A stretch of 64,000 nucleotides of DNA. It comes from Aquificaceae bacterium. GTDB lineage: Bacteria; Aquificota; Aquificia; Aquificales; Aquificaceae. Numbering within the stretch: the first letter of the stretch is position 1; each line of letters opens with the position of its first letter. Below are positions 41,838 through 51,687 of the stretch, piece by piece. Below the pieces are notes generated by a model that saw only the letters and a program-made list of their open reading frames with translations, was not told the DNA's origin and made no database searches. The stretch is taken from positions 384,001-448,000 of the forward strand of contig JAXSNR010000002.1 in NCBI GenBank assembly GCA_037925075.1, given 5' to 3'. Both the position numbers and the translations under genes were made by a program.

Positions 41838-41948
41838 AAAATATAATTTACACATCCAGCAAAAAATTCCATCTTCCAGTACAGCTCCAAATAGATGTAA
41901 AAGTTAGCTTTTTTAGTCGGTGTGTATTTTAAGATTATACTTTGTATT

Positions 41949-42215
41949 ATGGAGGAAAGCTTAAAGGGTTTGGTTTTCTTTTACTATACATTCTCTGAGC
42001 TATTCCTTGCGAGGGACTACTATTATCTCAATAAGCTGTGTCAGAACATGCTGGATTCGGACTATTCAACTTATGCTACATCTGTGCTTGAACATATTCA
42101 TAGTGGCCTTCTTCCTGTAGAGCTTGAACTTTTGGAAAATGCTTGCCTGTTGGAAAGAAACCACAGACAGGTTGATACAGACCAGCTCCTAAAGTCTTAC
42201 GAACACTTTGGATAA
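41949..42215 (+). pseudogene. Possible truncated TorD/DmsD-like chaperone fragment
   Basis: Helical ORF with FYYTFSELFL near the start, ending LLKSYEHFG*; weak similarity seen by eye only. Confidence 0.3.
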
Positions 42216-42254
42216 AGGTAAGGAGTTTTGTCTTTTTGAGCTGGAGAAGAAATG

Positions 42255-43160
42255 TTAAACTTTATTTAAAAACTCCTCCACTATCAACCCTTCTTTTAGC
42301 CCCCAGTCGCTTACCCTTATTTTTTTTCTTCCAAAAAGTAGCATGCTCCTGTAGAAGATCGCAAGCCCGGGAATAATCACCTTTGCCCTTTTTGGCTCTA
42401 TGTGTGGAAAGTTGGCAATCCTTTGGCTTTCCTTCATGGAGCTTAGGGTTTCAAGCCAAAACATAAGCCTTTCAAGGGATAGCTCTTTTCCGTGCACATC
42501 CTCGCCCTTGTAGGGGTATATACCGTATTCTATTGCGGCTATAGTGGTTATTGTTCCGCCAAGCCCTATAAGCTCATCGCAAGGCTGGACCACCTGTTTT
42601 ATATGCTCATCAAGGAAGTTTTTCAAGGATTCAAGCTCATAGTCTCTTGGTGGGTCGTGCTGGATAAACTCCTCCGTAAGGCCTACTATGCCAAAGGGAA
42701 GGGATTTTAGGCTTTCTATCTGAAAGCCCCTACCGCATACAAACTCCGTGGAGCCTCCTCCTTGGTCTATGATGCAAAACTTTCCTTTGGGTCTAAGGGA
42801 GTAAGCAACGGAGAGAAAGGCATACCTTCCTTCTTCCTCTGGGGTTATAACCTTTAGCTCAAAGCCCGCAAGTTCCTTTAACCTTTTTAGAAATTCTTCA
42901 GAGTTCTTTGCTCTTCTCAAAGCTTCTGTCCCCACAATCTTTACACTTTCCACGTTAAACCTTTTAGCCTTTTCTAAAAATTCCCTTATGGTGTTTAGGG
43001 TTTCTTCTATCCTGTCCTCTCTTAAAAGCCCTTCCTCCCTAAGCCCAGTTGCCAAGGCGGTTATCCTTCCCTCTTCGTAAAGTATATTCAAGCCTGCATT
43101 AAGCTCCGCTACGCTTAGCCTTACAGAATATGAGCCCACATCTATACTGGCAACCTTCAT
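42255..43160 (-). CDS. ppx: Exopolyphosphatase / Ppx-GppA family
   Basis: IDVGSYSVRL, TEALR, DQGGGSTE, GLKEG. Confidence 0.93.
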   Translation of the reverse strand: MKVASIDVGSYSVRLSVAELNAGLNILYEEGRITALATGLREEGLLREDRIEETLNTIREFLEKAKRFNVESVKIVGTEALRRAKNSEEFLKRLKELAGFELKVITPEEEGRYAFLSVAYSLRPKGKFCIIDQGGGSTEFVCGRGFQIESLKSLPFGIVGLTEEFIQHDPPRDYELESLKNFLDEHIKQVVQPCDELIGLGGTITTIAAIEYGIYPYKGEDVHGKELSLERLMFWLETLSSMKESQRIANFPHIEPKRAKVIIPGLAIFYRSMLLFGRKKIRVSDWGLKEGLIVEEFLNKV

Positions 43161-43189
43161 CTTAGAGGGATATTATAATATTTTAATTG

Positions 43190-43281
<92 letters not shown>

Positions 43282-43282
43282 T

Positions 43283-44536
43283 TTAAGCTTTTCTCACCTT
43301 TAGCAAAAGCCCCCTCACCTCCTCTACTACTACCATGTCTCCCCTCTTTATATCCTCATCGCTTATGGCGTTCCATATCTCACCATGTACAAAAACCTTT
43401 CCCTTACCATTTACAAAGTGGGTAAAAGCTTCTCCCTGCTCACCCACCAACTCCTCAGCACCGAGCATCTTTTTTCTTCTTTGGGCTTTTAGCCCAAGCC
43501 TTCCCGCAAAGAGGAAAAAGGCTACCGTAAGTCCCACCATGGTGGCTATAACGCTAAGAGGTATGTCTCCATAAGGAGAATCTGGGCTTATGAGTATGAA
43601 AGAGCCAAGGGCAAGGGCGACCGCACCCGCAAGGGCAAGCCCACCAAAGGTGGGAGTTATAAGCTCAAGCACCAAAAGGAGTATACCCGCAAGTATAAGC
43701 AAGAGCCCAAGCCAGTTTATGCCAATAACACCAAGCCCATACAGCCCCAAAAGCAAGGATATTACACCCACCGCACCCGGAATAATACTTCCAGGATTGT
43801 AAAGCTCAAAGAAGATACCATAAAAGCCTATAAGGAGAAGCATGTAGGCAACCGTTGGGTTGGTTATCACCCTCAAAAACTCTTCTCTTAGGCTTTTCCC
43901 TATCTCCACCACCTGAACCCCTTCTGTCTTGATCCTTGTTTCCTTCCCATGCTTTTTGACCACTCTGCCATCAAGTTTTTTCAAAAGGTCGGACCTGTCC
44001 CTTGCCATCATGTCTATAACCTTTTCCTTTAGAGCCTCCTCCGGCGTTAAGGATATGGCGTCCTTTACCATCCTCTCTATCACATCTGGGTTTCTGCCCT
44101 TTTCCTTGGCTATGCTTCTGACAAAGGCGAGCATGTCTTGCATAACCTTCTTTTTCATAGCTTCGTCCATCTTTTCACCACCCATTTGCACTGGCGTTGC
44201 AGCTCCTATGTTGGTTCCCGGTGCCATGACCGCAACGTCCGCGGATACGGTTATAATGGCTCCTGCGGAGGCTGCACGACCGCCGGAAGGGTACACATAT
44301 GCCACCACGGGAAGAGATGTCCTTTGAAACTCTTGAATAACCTCCCTCATGGAGCTTTCAAGACCACCGGGAGTGTTAAGCTCAAGGATGAAAAGCGTAC
44401 CACCCTCTCTTTCCGCCTTTTCAAGGCTCCTTTTTATGTAATCCACCATAAGAGGAGTTACCGCATCCTGCCACTGGGAGACAAAGACCTTAGCATAAGA
44501 AAGACTAAGGAAGAGCGTTAAAAGTAGAAGTACCAT
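43283..44536 (-). CDS. NfeD-family membrane-bound serine protease (long form)
   Basis: NTPGG, AASAG, GAATP, C-terminal OB fold with GEIWNA. Confidence 0.92.
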   Translation of the reverse strand: MVLLLLTLFLSLSYAKVFVSQWQDAVTPLMVDYIKRSLEKAEREGGTLFILELNTPGGLESSMREVIQEFQRTSLPVVAYVYPSGGRAASAGAIITVSADVAVMAPGTNIGAATPVQMGGEKMDEAMKKKVMQDMLAFVRSIAKEKGRNPDVIERMVKDAISLTPEEALKEKVIDMMARDRSDLLKKLDGRVVKKHGKETRIKTEGVQVVEIGKSLREEFLRVITNPTVAYMLLLIGFYGIFFELYNPGSIIPGAVGVISLLLGLYGLGVIGINWLGLLLILAGILLLVLELITPTFGGLALAGAVALALGSFILISPDSPYGDIPLSVIATMVGLTVAFFLFAGRLGLKAQRRKKMLGAEELVGEQGEAFTHFVNGKGKVFVHGEIWNAISDEDIKRGDMVVVEEVRGLLLKVRKA

Positions 44537-44551
44537 AAGAAAATCTTAAGG

Positions 44552-45172
44552 CTATTTCATCCTTCCCGCAAGCTCTTTAAGAACCTCCTCTACACCTATT
44601 CCTCTTATGGTGAGCATAAGCACAAGGTGGTAAAACATGTCTGAAGCTTCCGCCTTTATCTCATCGGGCACACCCCTTTTTAGGGCTATAAGGGTTTCTA
44701 TGGCTTCTTCGCCAAACTTTTGGAGCACTCTGTCCTCCCCCTGTTTGTAAAGCTCTACCGTGTAAGAGCCCTCCGGAAGCTCTTGTAGTCTTTTTTGCAC
44801 TATCTCCTGAAGCCGTTGTAAGGCTTCAAAGGGAAGCACCCTTTTAACCTTCTCTCCTTCAATATTTCTGAAAAAGCAGTTTCTCTCCCCCGTGTGGCAA
44901 GCTGTGTTTTTTTCTTGCTCCACAAGGTATAGCACCGCATCCTCGTCGCAATCTACACGGACTTCAACAACCCTTTGAAGCTCTCCCGAGGTCTCCCCCT
45001 TTTTCCATATGCTTTTTCTTGACCTTGAATAGTAGTGGGCATAGCCTGTCTCTAAGGTCTTTTTTATAGCTTCTTCGTTTGCCCAAGCAAACATCCTTAT
45101 CTCACCAGTCCTGTAGTCCTGAGCTATAACCGGCAAAAGCCCCTCTTCGTTAAACCTTAGCTTTAGCACCAT
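44552..45172 (-). CDS. hisIE: Bifunctional phosphoribosyl-AMP cyclohydrolase/phosphoribosyl-ATP pyrophosphatase
   Basis: [29 protein letters not shown]. Confidence 0.96.
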   Translation of the reverse strand: MVLKLRFNEEGLLPVIAQDYRTGEIRMFAWANEEAIKKTLETGYAHYYSRSRKSIWKKGETSGELQRVVEVRVDCDEDAVLYLVEQEKNTACHTGERNCFFRNIEGEKVKRVLPFEALQRLQEIVQKRLQELPEGSYTVELYKQGEDRVLQKFGEEAIETLIALKRGVPDEIKAEASDMFYHLVLMLTIRGIGVEEVLKELAGRMK

Positions 45173-45176
45173 TAAG

Positions 45177-45776
45177 TTAAATTATAAGGCTTACCCTCAA
45201 ATCTCCGTATGGTCTTTCCTGCTCTATGTCCACAAGCCCATCCTGATATAAAACCATAAGAGCCATGAGGTAAGGCACAAGGCTCTTCCCAAGAATAAGT
45301 TCGTAAAAGGAAAAAACTACCCCTTCCTCTTTCAGCAAGCCTCTAAGCTCTTCAAGGGCATCCTCAAACTTGGATATATGCAAAGGGAAACGTCTTTCCC
45401 TTGTCCTTTCTCTGGTTACCTTAATCGTTGGCCTTTTTATGACCCTTTTTACCCTCTCTATCCTCTGGCTTATTTCTTCTTGCACATGCTCCTCTTGACC
45501 TTCAAACTGCTCAATTATTTCCTCAAGGGTTAGCCTTTTTCTTTCTCTTTTTTGCTTTGGTTCCGGGAATAGCACCTCCGCCTGCTTTTTTAACAAAAAG
45601 GACGCTGCAAGCACCGCCCTTGCCGGCACCCTTAGGTCCAAAAGCTCATGCCTTCTTATCTCCTCCATGTAAGCCTTTGCAAGGGCAGATATATCCACAT
45701 CCCAAGGGTCAAGCTTTCCTTCTTCTACCAGCCTATAAGCAAGGGCAAAGGGGTGGTCCTCTTCAAACCTCCACAT
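45177..45776 (-). CDS. scpA: Segregation/condensation protein A
   Basis: [10 protein letters not shown]-terminal [10 protein letters not shown]. Confidence 0.85.
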   Translation of the reverse strand: MWRFEEDHPFALAYRLVEEGKLDPWDVDISALAKAYMEEIRRHELLDLRVPARAVLAASFLLKKQAEVLFPEPKQKRERKRLTLEEIIEQFEGQEEHVQEEISQRIERVKRVIKRPTIKVTRERTRERRFPLHISKFEDALEELRGLLKEEGVVFSFYELILGKSLVPYLMALMVLYQDGLVDIEQERPYGDLRVSLII

Positions 45777-46596
45777 GTCTTCTCCAGTAGGTGGTAAGTT
45801 TTATAAGCTGATGCAAGGTATCCTTTAGGTCCTTTCTGTGGACTACCATATCCACCATGCCCTTTTGTATGAGAAACTCAGAGGTTTGAAAGCCCTCTGG
45901 TAGTTGCTGTTTTATTGTCTGTTCTATGACCCTTGGTCCCGCAAAGCCTATAAGAGCCTTAGGCTCTGCGATGATTATGTCTCCCAAAAAGGCAAAGCTT
46001 GCGGACACTCCACCGGTGGTAGGGTTTGTAAGCACGGTGATGTAAGGAATGCCCTTTTCCTTTAGGTAGCCCACACCTATGGAGGTCTTTGCCATCTGCA
46101 TCAGAGAGAGAATTCCTTCCTGCATACGAGCACCGCCCGAGGTTATCACCGCAATGAGAGGCACTTCCTTTTCACCGGCACGCTTGCATGCCCTGTAGAA
46201 CTTCTCCCCCACCACAGAGCCCATACTACCACCTATAAAGCCAAAGTCCATAACCGCAAGCACCACCCTTTCGTCCTTGAGAAACCCTTCCGCCACTAAC
46301 AGAGCTTCAGAAAGACCCGTTTGTTCCTGAGCTTGCTTTAGACGGTCCTTGTAGCTTTTTGTATCCTTGAAGTTAAGGGGGTCCGTAGGTCTTATGTTTT
46401 CAAAAAGAAGCTCGTAGTTTTCAAGAAGATGTTCAAGCCTTTCCTTTGCTGGCATGTTAAAGTGGTGCTGACACTTGGGACATACATTCAGATTTGCCCT
46501 CAGCTCAGGAATGTACAGGATAGACTTGCAGTTTTCACACTTAGTCCAAAGGACTTCCTTTTCTTCCTTTTTCCTAAACCTATCAAAAAAGCCCAT
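45763..46596 (-). CDS. accD: Acetyl-CoA carboxylase carboxyltransferase beta subunit
   Basis: WTKCENC zinc finger, GGSMGSVVGE, SGGARMQEG, GFAGPRVI. Confidence 0.97.
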   Translation of the reverse strand: MGFFDRFRKKEEKEVLWTKCENCKSILYIPELRANLNVCPKCQHHFNMPAKERLEHLLENYELLFENIRPTDPLNFKDTKSYKDRLKQAQEQTGLSEALLVAEGFLKDERVVLAVMDFGFIGGSMGSVVGEKFYRACKRAGEKEVPLIAVITSGGARMQEGILSLMQMAKTSIGVGYLKEKGIPYITVLTNPTTGGVSASFAFLGDIIIAEPKALIGFAGPRVIEQTIKQQLPEGFQTSEFLIQKGMVDMVVHRKDLKDTLHQLIKLTTYWRRHVEV

Positions 46597-46675
46597 GCTA
46601 TAAGATTATACGAATGCCCTCAAGGTTTGTGCCTGATTTCTAAGTGGCAAGAACCCAAAACTTTACCACCAAAAT

Positions 46676-47226
46676 TCAACAGACCTCCAAATAGCCAAAG
46701 CCTTGACCCGTCCTCAACCCAAGCCCATACTGATAGACAAACTCTAATATTTGGGGATTGTCTGTGATTATACTAAACCTTCCAAGAAAAGCCCTTATGT
46801 AGCCTCCGTAGTGCCTTATAAGTTCTTCCTTGAAGTGTTTAAATACGGGGGAAAAGACTTTTATTTTTGGCTCATAGCCTTTTATAGCCTTAAAACGCCT
46901 TTGTATGTTTTCAAGAAGAACTTCTTTAAAGTCTTCTTCTATGGGAATGGCATATATTAGCTTGGGATTGTCCTCATAAAAACCAGGCCTCTCAACCACC
47001 ACAGGAGAAAGGGTTTTAAAGGTACCCTTTGACCAATCCTTTTCCTCTTCTAAAATTATTTCCTTTATAATAAATTCCGCATCGCCTATTTTATGGACCT
47101 GACCTTTTAGACCAATAAGCCCGTTGTATAGCCTTACTCCGTACACTGGATCTCCCGTAGAAATGCGTAGGTTTAAGAACTTTACACCTTTAATAGTTTC
47201 CTCTTTAAAGACTACATGCTTTCCTT
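46676..47226 (-). pseudogene. cas6: CRISPR-associated endoribonuclease Cas6, 5'-truncated orphan
   Basis: C-terminal G-rich loop GLGLRTGQGFG and TLSPVVV; the frame stays open upstream (LNLRISTGDP) only to about 47226, then enters a CRISPR repeat and a stop. Confidence 0.8.
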
Positions 47227-47255
47227 GTTGCTAATCTACCGTGTGGAGTTGAAAG
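47227..47255 (+). CRISPR. Solitary CRISPR repeat (second repeat family)
   Basis: GTTGCTAATCTACCGTGTGGAGTTGAAAG, 29 bp, closely resembling the Aquificae GTTCCTAATGTACCGTGTGGAGTTGAAAC repeat as I recall it. Confidence 0.75.
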
Positions 47256-47324
47256 CAAATTGCATACATGATTTTCTGACTGCCATCATTGAAGAACTGG
47301 CAAGCTCAAGTTTAATATTCAAAC

Positions 47325-48224
47325 ATGCGTTGGATAAGGCTAAAAAGAAGCAAAATAAAAGTCTATGGTAAACAAGGGAAACTGCTTTCAAAGGGCATGG
47401 CGGAAGAACACACCGCCTTTTTGCACAATCTCCTTAGCAACGATATAAAGGGAATGAAAGAAAACACCTTTACCTACAACCTTTGGCTGAGACAGAACGG
47501 TTTTCCCTTGGGTGAGTTTTATGTCTATAAGATAGGAGACCAATATCTACTTGATACTTCTTTGGAAGCTAACTATGTTATTGAGGAGTTTAACCGCCTT
47601 AAGCTTTCTATGAGGGTGTACTTTGAAGCCCTTGATATGGAGCATGTTTTTCTGTTTGGAGAGGGTGTGGGGGAGTTTATCAAAAGCCGTTTTGGTGTGG
47701 AGCTTAAGGACTTTGAAGTAAGACAATTGGATGGTGTTTTTCTTGCTTGCAATTCCCTTAGGCTGAGGGAAGAGGGGTATGAAATCATGGGCAAAGCCCT
47801 TGAAATTTCTTTGGAGGACAAAGCCATGCTATCCGAAGATGAGTATGAACATATACGCATACAAAAGCTTATTCCCAAGCTTGGAAAGGAGCTAAAGGAG
47901 GGCTTTTCTCCTTTGGAAGCCTGTCTTTTAAAGGACGCTATCAGTCTTACAAAGGGCTGTTATGTGGGGCAGGAAGCCATAGCAAGGGTTTATTACAGAG
48001 GGAGGCTTCCAAGAACTCTGGCACTTTTTGGGGGAGAGGGTCTATCTGAGGGTGAAAAGATAAGGCTTGAGGGCAAGGATATAGGGGTTATAACCTCTGT
48101 AAGCCCTATAAAGCCTATTGCTTTGGGTTATGTCTTGAGGGCAAAGGTGGAAAGTCAAAGGGTCTTTGAAACGGACAGGGGAAACAGGGTAGAATTTTTA
48201 AAGTCCTGTGATGAGGCTCTCTGA
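47325..48224 (+). CDS. ygfZ: YgfZ/GcvT-family folate-binding Fe-S repair protein
   Basis: KGCYVGQE signature. Confidence 0.9.
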   Translation: MRWIRLKRSKIKVYGKQGKLLSKGMAEEHTAFLHNLLSNDIKGMKENTFTYNLWLRQNGFPLGEFYVYKIGDQYLLDTSLEANYVIEEFNRLKLSMRVYFEALDMEHVFLFGEGVGEFIKSRFGVELKDFEVRQLDGVFLACNSLRLREEGYEIMGKALEISLEDKAMLSEDEYEHIRIQKLIPKLGKELKEGFSPLEACLLKDAISLTKGCYVGQEAIARVYYRGRLPRTLALFGGEGLSEGEKIRLEGKDIGVITSVSPIKPIALGYVLRAKVESQRVFETDRGNRVEFLKSCDEAL

Positions 48225-48497
48225 AGAGGAAAAGAGGTGCCTGAAAAGGGCTCTTGAGGGCTTTGAGGGTGAAGTGTACCTTTTTGGGTCAAGGCTTAGG
48301 GATGACCTAAAGGGGGTGATATTGACCTTTTGCTGGTGCCATCAAAGCCAGAAAACTCCATGGAGCTTGCCCTCAGGATTCAAACAAGGTTTTTCATGGA
48401 ATGCGAGCAAGACGTAGATGTGCTTGTCTACAGGGATACGGACTTTTTTAGGGAGATCCTCAAACATGCAAAAAGAATCTATCCTGAGGAGCTTTGA
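48211..48497 (+). pseudogene. Minimal nucleotidyltransferase (MNT antitoxin), frameshifted
   Basis: YLFGSR...KG then, in a shifted frame, GDIDLL...DVDVL; one G missing in the G5 run at 48312-48316. Confidence 0.8.
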
Positions 48498-48899
48498 AGA
48501 CCTTCTCAAAAGCAAAAGGCTGTTGGACGCTTCTATAAAAGGCTACACACCTTATGAACCATACAAAAGCTATGAACCAGAAGAGCTTGAAAAGTACGAT
48601 GCCCTTAGCTTTAGGTTTGAAAAGTTTGTGGAAACCGCACTGAGCTTTTTTGTATCCCTTGAGCTGTATCTCTTTGGTGAAAAATCCGACACCTTAAGAG
48701 GTAGGCTTCTGAGACTACAGAGGGCTGGGTATGTGCAAGATGTGGAGCTTTGGCCTTCCGCAAGGTTTTGAGAAACAAAATAGCCCATGCTTACCTTCCG
48801 GAAGAGTTGGTTGAGATTTTTGAAAGCCTTATGGCTATTTCAAAAAGGCTTTTTGAAGAAGTAGAAAGCCTAAGCCATAAGCTCAAAGCTCTTCTATAG
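48466..48899 (+). pseudogene. HEPN toxin, frameshifted
   Basis: RFEKFVE helix; catalytic RNKIAH(AY) lies in a shifted frame after the T4 run at 48766-48769. Confidence 0.8.
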
Positions 48900-50223
48900 C
48901 CCACTTTAGGGTGTTTAGCACATGGTCCATATCTTCCAAACTTATCACCAAGGGCATCATCAAAACCATCACATCCCCTAAAGGTCTTAAAAACACGCCC
49001 CTTTCCCTGCACTTGTAAGCGACCTTAAAGCCAGTTCTTTCTCCGTAGGGAAACCTTTCGTCGGTTTTTTTGTCCTTTACAAGCTCTATGCCCGCCATAA
49101 AGCCAAGCTGACGCACATCTCCTACGTGCTCAAGCTCCCAAAACTCCTCAAGCCTTTTGGAAAGGTGTTCTATCTTTGGCTGAAGCTTTTGAAGTGTTTT
49201 CTCTTCTTCAAAGACCTCAAGGTTAGCCAAGGCGACCGCACAGGCAAGGTTGTTGCCCGTGTAGGTGTGTCCGTGATAAAAATGCCTTAGCTCTCCAAAC
49301 TCTCCAAGAAAGGCGTTAAAGACCTCTTCCGTGGTAAGGGTTACCGCCAAAGGTAGGTATCCTCCCGTTATGCCCTTACCAAGACACATAAAGTCAGGGC
49401 TTACATTCTCTTGCTCGCAGTAAAACATGGTCCCAGTCCTTCCAAAGCCTGTAGCCACCTCATCCACTATCATAAGCACCTTGTATTTCTCTGTTAGCTC
49501 CCTTACTCCCTTTAAAAAGCCCTTTGGAAAGGGTAGCATGCCCGCCGCACCTTGAATGCCCGCCTCAAGGCTTACAGCTACCACATCATCCCTACTTTTC
49601 AAAATCTCTTCTAACATATTCAAAAGCTCATCCCTACACTCATCACATAGCCTTCCGTACCTTTCCTTACAGAAAAGATAAGGAGAGGGTAGTTTTATGC
49701 TTTCAAAGAGTAGGTCCTTGTATGTGCCATGAAAGAGGTCTATACCGCCCAGACTGACCGCACCGAGGGTATCCCCATGGTATGCCTCCGCCAGTGTTAT
49801 AAAGGCTTTTCTATTTTCCCCCTTGTTTTTCCAGTACTGGTATGCCAGTTTTATGGCTATTTCTACCGCCTCCGCGCCGTCCTCCGAGTAGAAGACCTTT
49901 GTAAGACCTTTGGGAGCTATTTCCACTAATCTTTTTGCCAAAAGTATGGCTGGCACGTTGGAGCTTCCAAGGGTTGTGGTGTGTGCCACCTTTTGGAGCT
50001 GGTCTATGAGAGCCTTGTTTAGCTTTGGGTGGTTGTGTCCGTGCACATTGCACCAAAGGGAAGATATGGCGTCTATAAACTTCCTGCCCTTTATATCGTA
50101 GAGATATACACCTTCTCCCCTTTCAAAGATTAGATTTTCTTCTTCTCGGTAGACCTTCATCTGGGTAAAGGGATGCCAAAAGTACTCCTTGTCCCACCTG
50201 TCCAAAAGCTCGTATTCCATCAT
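48883..50223 (-). CDS. bioA: Adenosylmethionine-8-amino-7-oxononanoate aminotransferase
   Basis: WHPFTQ, YHGDT, DEVATGFGRTG, KGITGGYLP, LRPLG. Confidence 0.96.
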   Translation of the reverse strand: MMEYELLDRWDKEYFWHPFTQMKVYREEENLIFERGEGVYLYDIKGRKFIDAISSLWCNVHGHNHPKLNKALIDQLQKVAHTTTLGSSNVPAILLAKRLVEIAPKGLTKVFYSEDGAEAVEIAIKLAYQYWKNKGENRKAFITLAEAYHGDTLGAVSLGGIDLFHGTYKDLLFESIKLPSPYLFCKERYGRLCDECRDELLNMLEEILKSRDDVVAVSLEAGIQGAAGMLPFPKGFLKGVRELTEKYKVLMIVDEVATGFGRTGTMFYCEQENVSPDFMCLGKGITGGYLPLAVTLTTEEVFNAFLGEFGELRHFYHGHTYTGNNLACAVALANLEVFEEEKTLQKLQPKIEHLSKRLEEFWELEHVGDVRQLGFMAGIELVKDKKTDERFPYGERTGFKVAYKCRERGVFLRPLGDVMVLMMPLVISLEDMDHVLNTLKWAIEEL

Positions 50224-50891
50224 GGCAGTCTCCACACCAGCACCACCTCTCCCTTTACCTCTCCTCTACCTTCTAACTCCCTTATAACCTCCGAAAGCTT
50301 ACCCCTTAAATACTCCTCATGAACCTTTGTGAGCTCCCGAGCGACGCATACGGGCAACTCCGAGCCATAAACCTTTTCCATGGCTTGCAGGCTTTTTAAA
50401 AGTCTGTTGGGAGATTCAAAGGCTATAAGGGTTGTATCCGCGTAAGCCCTTAGCTCCTCAAAGAACTTTTCAAGCCCCTTTCTTGGAAGAAAGCCCAGAA
50501 AGGTAAACCTATCTGTGGGAAGTCCGGAGCCTACCAGGGCGGTTAGCACCGCACTGGGTCCCGGGATTACCTCCACAGGAATGCCCTTTTCTACGCAAGC
50601 CCTTATTAGCCTGTAGCCCGGGTCTGATATGGAGGGCATGCCCGAGTCTGTAACAAGAGCCACATCTTCTTTCTCCAAAAGCTTTAGTACCTTTGGCACT
50701 TGCACACTTTCCTTTGGCTCGTAATAAGATATGAGTTTTTTATCCTTTATGTGGTAGTGGTTGAGAAGTATAAGGGTTCTGCGGGTATCTTCACAGGCTA
50801 TGAAGTTAACATTTTGGAGCACCTCAAGGGCTCTAAAGGTTATATCTTTTAGGTTTCCTATGGGTGTGGCTACCACGTAAAGCTTTCCCAT
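50220..50891 (-). CDS. rsmI: 16S rRNA C1402 2'-O-methyltransferase
   Basis: VATPIGNLKDIT, ACEDTR, SDPG, RELTKVHE. Confidence 0.96.
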   Translation of the reverse strand: MGKLYVVATPIGNLKDITFRALEVLQNVNFIACEDTRRTLILLNHYHIKDKKLISYYEPKESVQVPKVLKLLEKEDVALVTDSGMPSISDPGYRLIRACVEKGIPVEVIPGPSAVLTALVGSGLPTDRFTFLGFLPRKGLEKFFEELRAYADTTLIAFESPNRLLKSLQAMEKVYGSELPVCVARELTKVHEEYLRGKLSEVIRELEGRGEVKGEVVLVWRLP

Positions 50892-50892
50892 A

Positions 50893-51687
50893 TCACTTCA
50901 CCAAAAGGAGGGGTATGTTTATGTGGTGTATCACAAAACTGGTCACACTTCCAAGGAACAGCTCCCTTATCCTTCCCTTTGAGTAGGCTCCCATAAGTAG
51001 GAGGTCCACCTGTGCCTTTTGGCAATGGCTTACTATCTTCTCTTCTGGCAATCCATGTAGGACCTCAAGCTTAACCTCTTCAGGCTTTTCTGGTGGCTCT
51101 TCTCCCACATAGAGGGCGTAAAAGTTGGCTTCGTAGACCTCGGCGAGCTCCCTTGCAAGTTCAAGGGCTTTTTTTGATACCTCTCCTCCGTCGTAAGCAA
51201 CGCACAGGTTTTTTATATGCCTTTTTTCTTCAGGCACCAGCATAACTGGAGCCCTACTTCTTCTTGAGACCACCTCCGCGGTGGAGCTTAGAAAGAAGCC
51301 CTTTATGGGTCTTTTTCCGCTCCTTCCCATGATAAGCAGGTCCTCTGGGTCCGCTTGATTTACAAGCTCTTCGTAGGGTATGCCTACCGTCTGAAAGGAG
51401 GAGACCCTTATGCCCCTTTGCCTGCCTTCTGTGAGAAACTCCTCTATGAGGGCGTTTGCCTGCTCTTCAAGGAAGCTTCTAACCTTTTGAGAGATGCCCA
51501 AATAGTAGGTAAAGCCAAGCACACCCGCCAAGTCTTCCAAAAAGCTTTCCTCAAGAAGCCTACTGTCTATTATATGGATACCTACCACCGGTACAGAAAG
51601 CTTTTCTCCAAGCTCAAAGGCGTAGTCCTTGGCAGTCCAGCCAGCTTTTGAACCGTCAATACCCACCAAAAGCCTTTTAAACGTCAA
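50893..51687 (-). CDS. Universal stress protein (tandem Usp domains)
   Basis: VGIDGS, AYDGG, MGAYS..LGSVT. Confidence 0.92.
   Translation of the reverse strand: MTFKRLLVGIDGSKAGWTAKDYAFELGEKLSVPVVGIHIIDSRLLEESFLEDLAGVLGFTYYLGISQKVRSFLEEQANALIEEFLTEGRQRGIRVSSFQTVGIPYEELVNQADPEDLLIMGRSGKRPIKGFFLSSTAEVVSRRSRAPVMLVPEEKRHIKNLCVAYDGGEVSKKALELARELAEVYEANFYALYVGEEPPEKPEEVKLEVLHGLPEEKIVSHCQKAQVDLLLMGAYSKGRIRELFLGSVTSFVIHHINIPLLLVK

Noticed and set aside
37926..42254. tRNA-Met-anchored genomic island containing the sensor system
   Set aside because: The genes lie at the tRNA 5' side; no integrase or duplicated tRNA 3' end (att) was seen
46619..46636. Sigma54-like GGCAC-N5-TTGA upstream of accD
   Set aside because: It lacks the conserved -12 GC, and a TATAAT box next to the start explains the promoter
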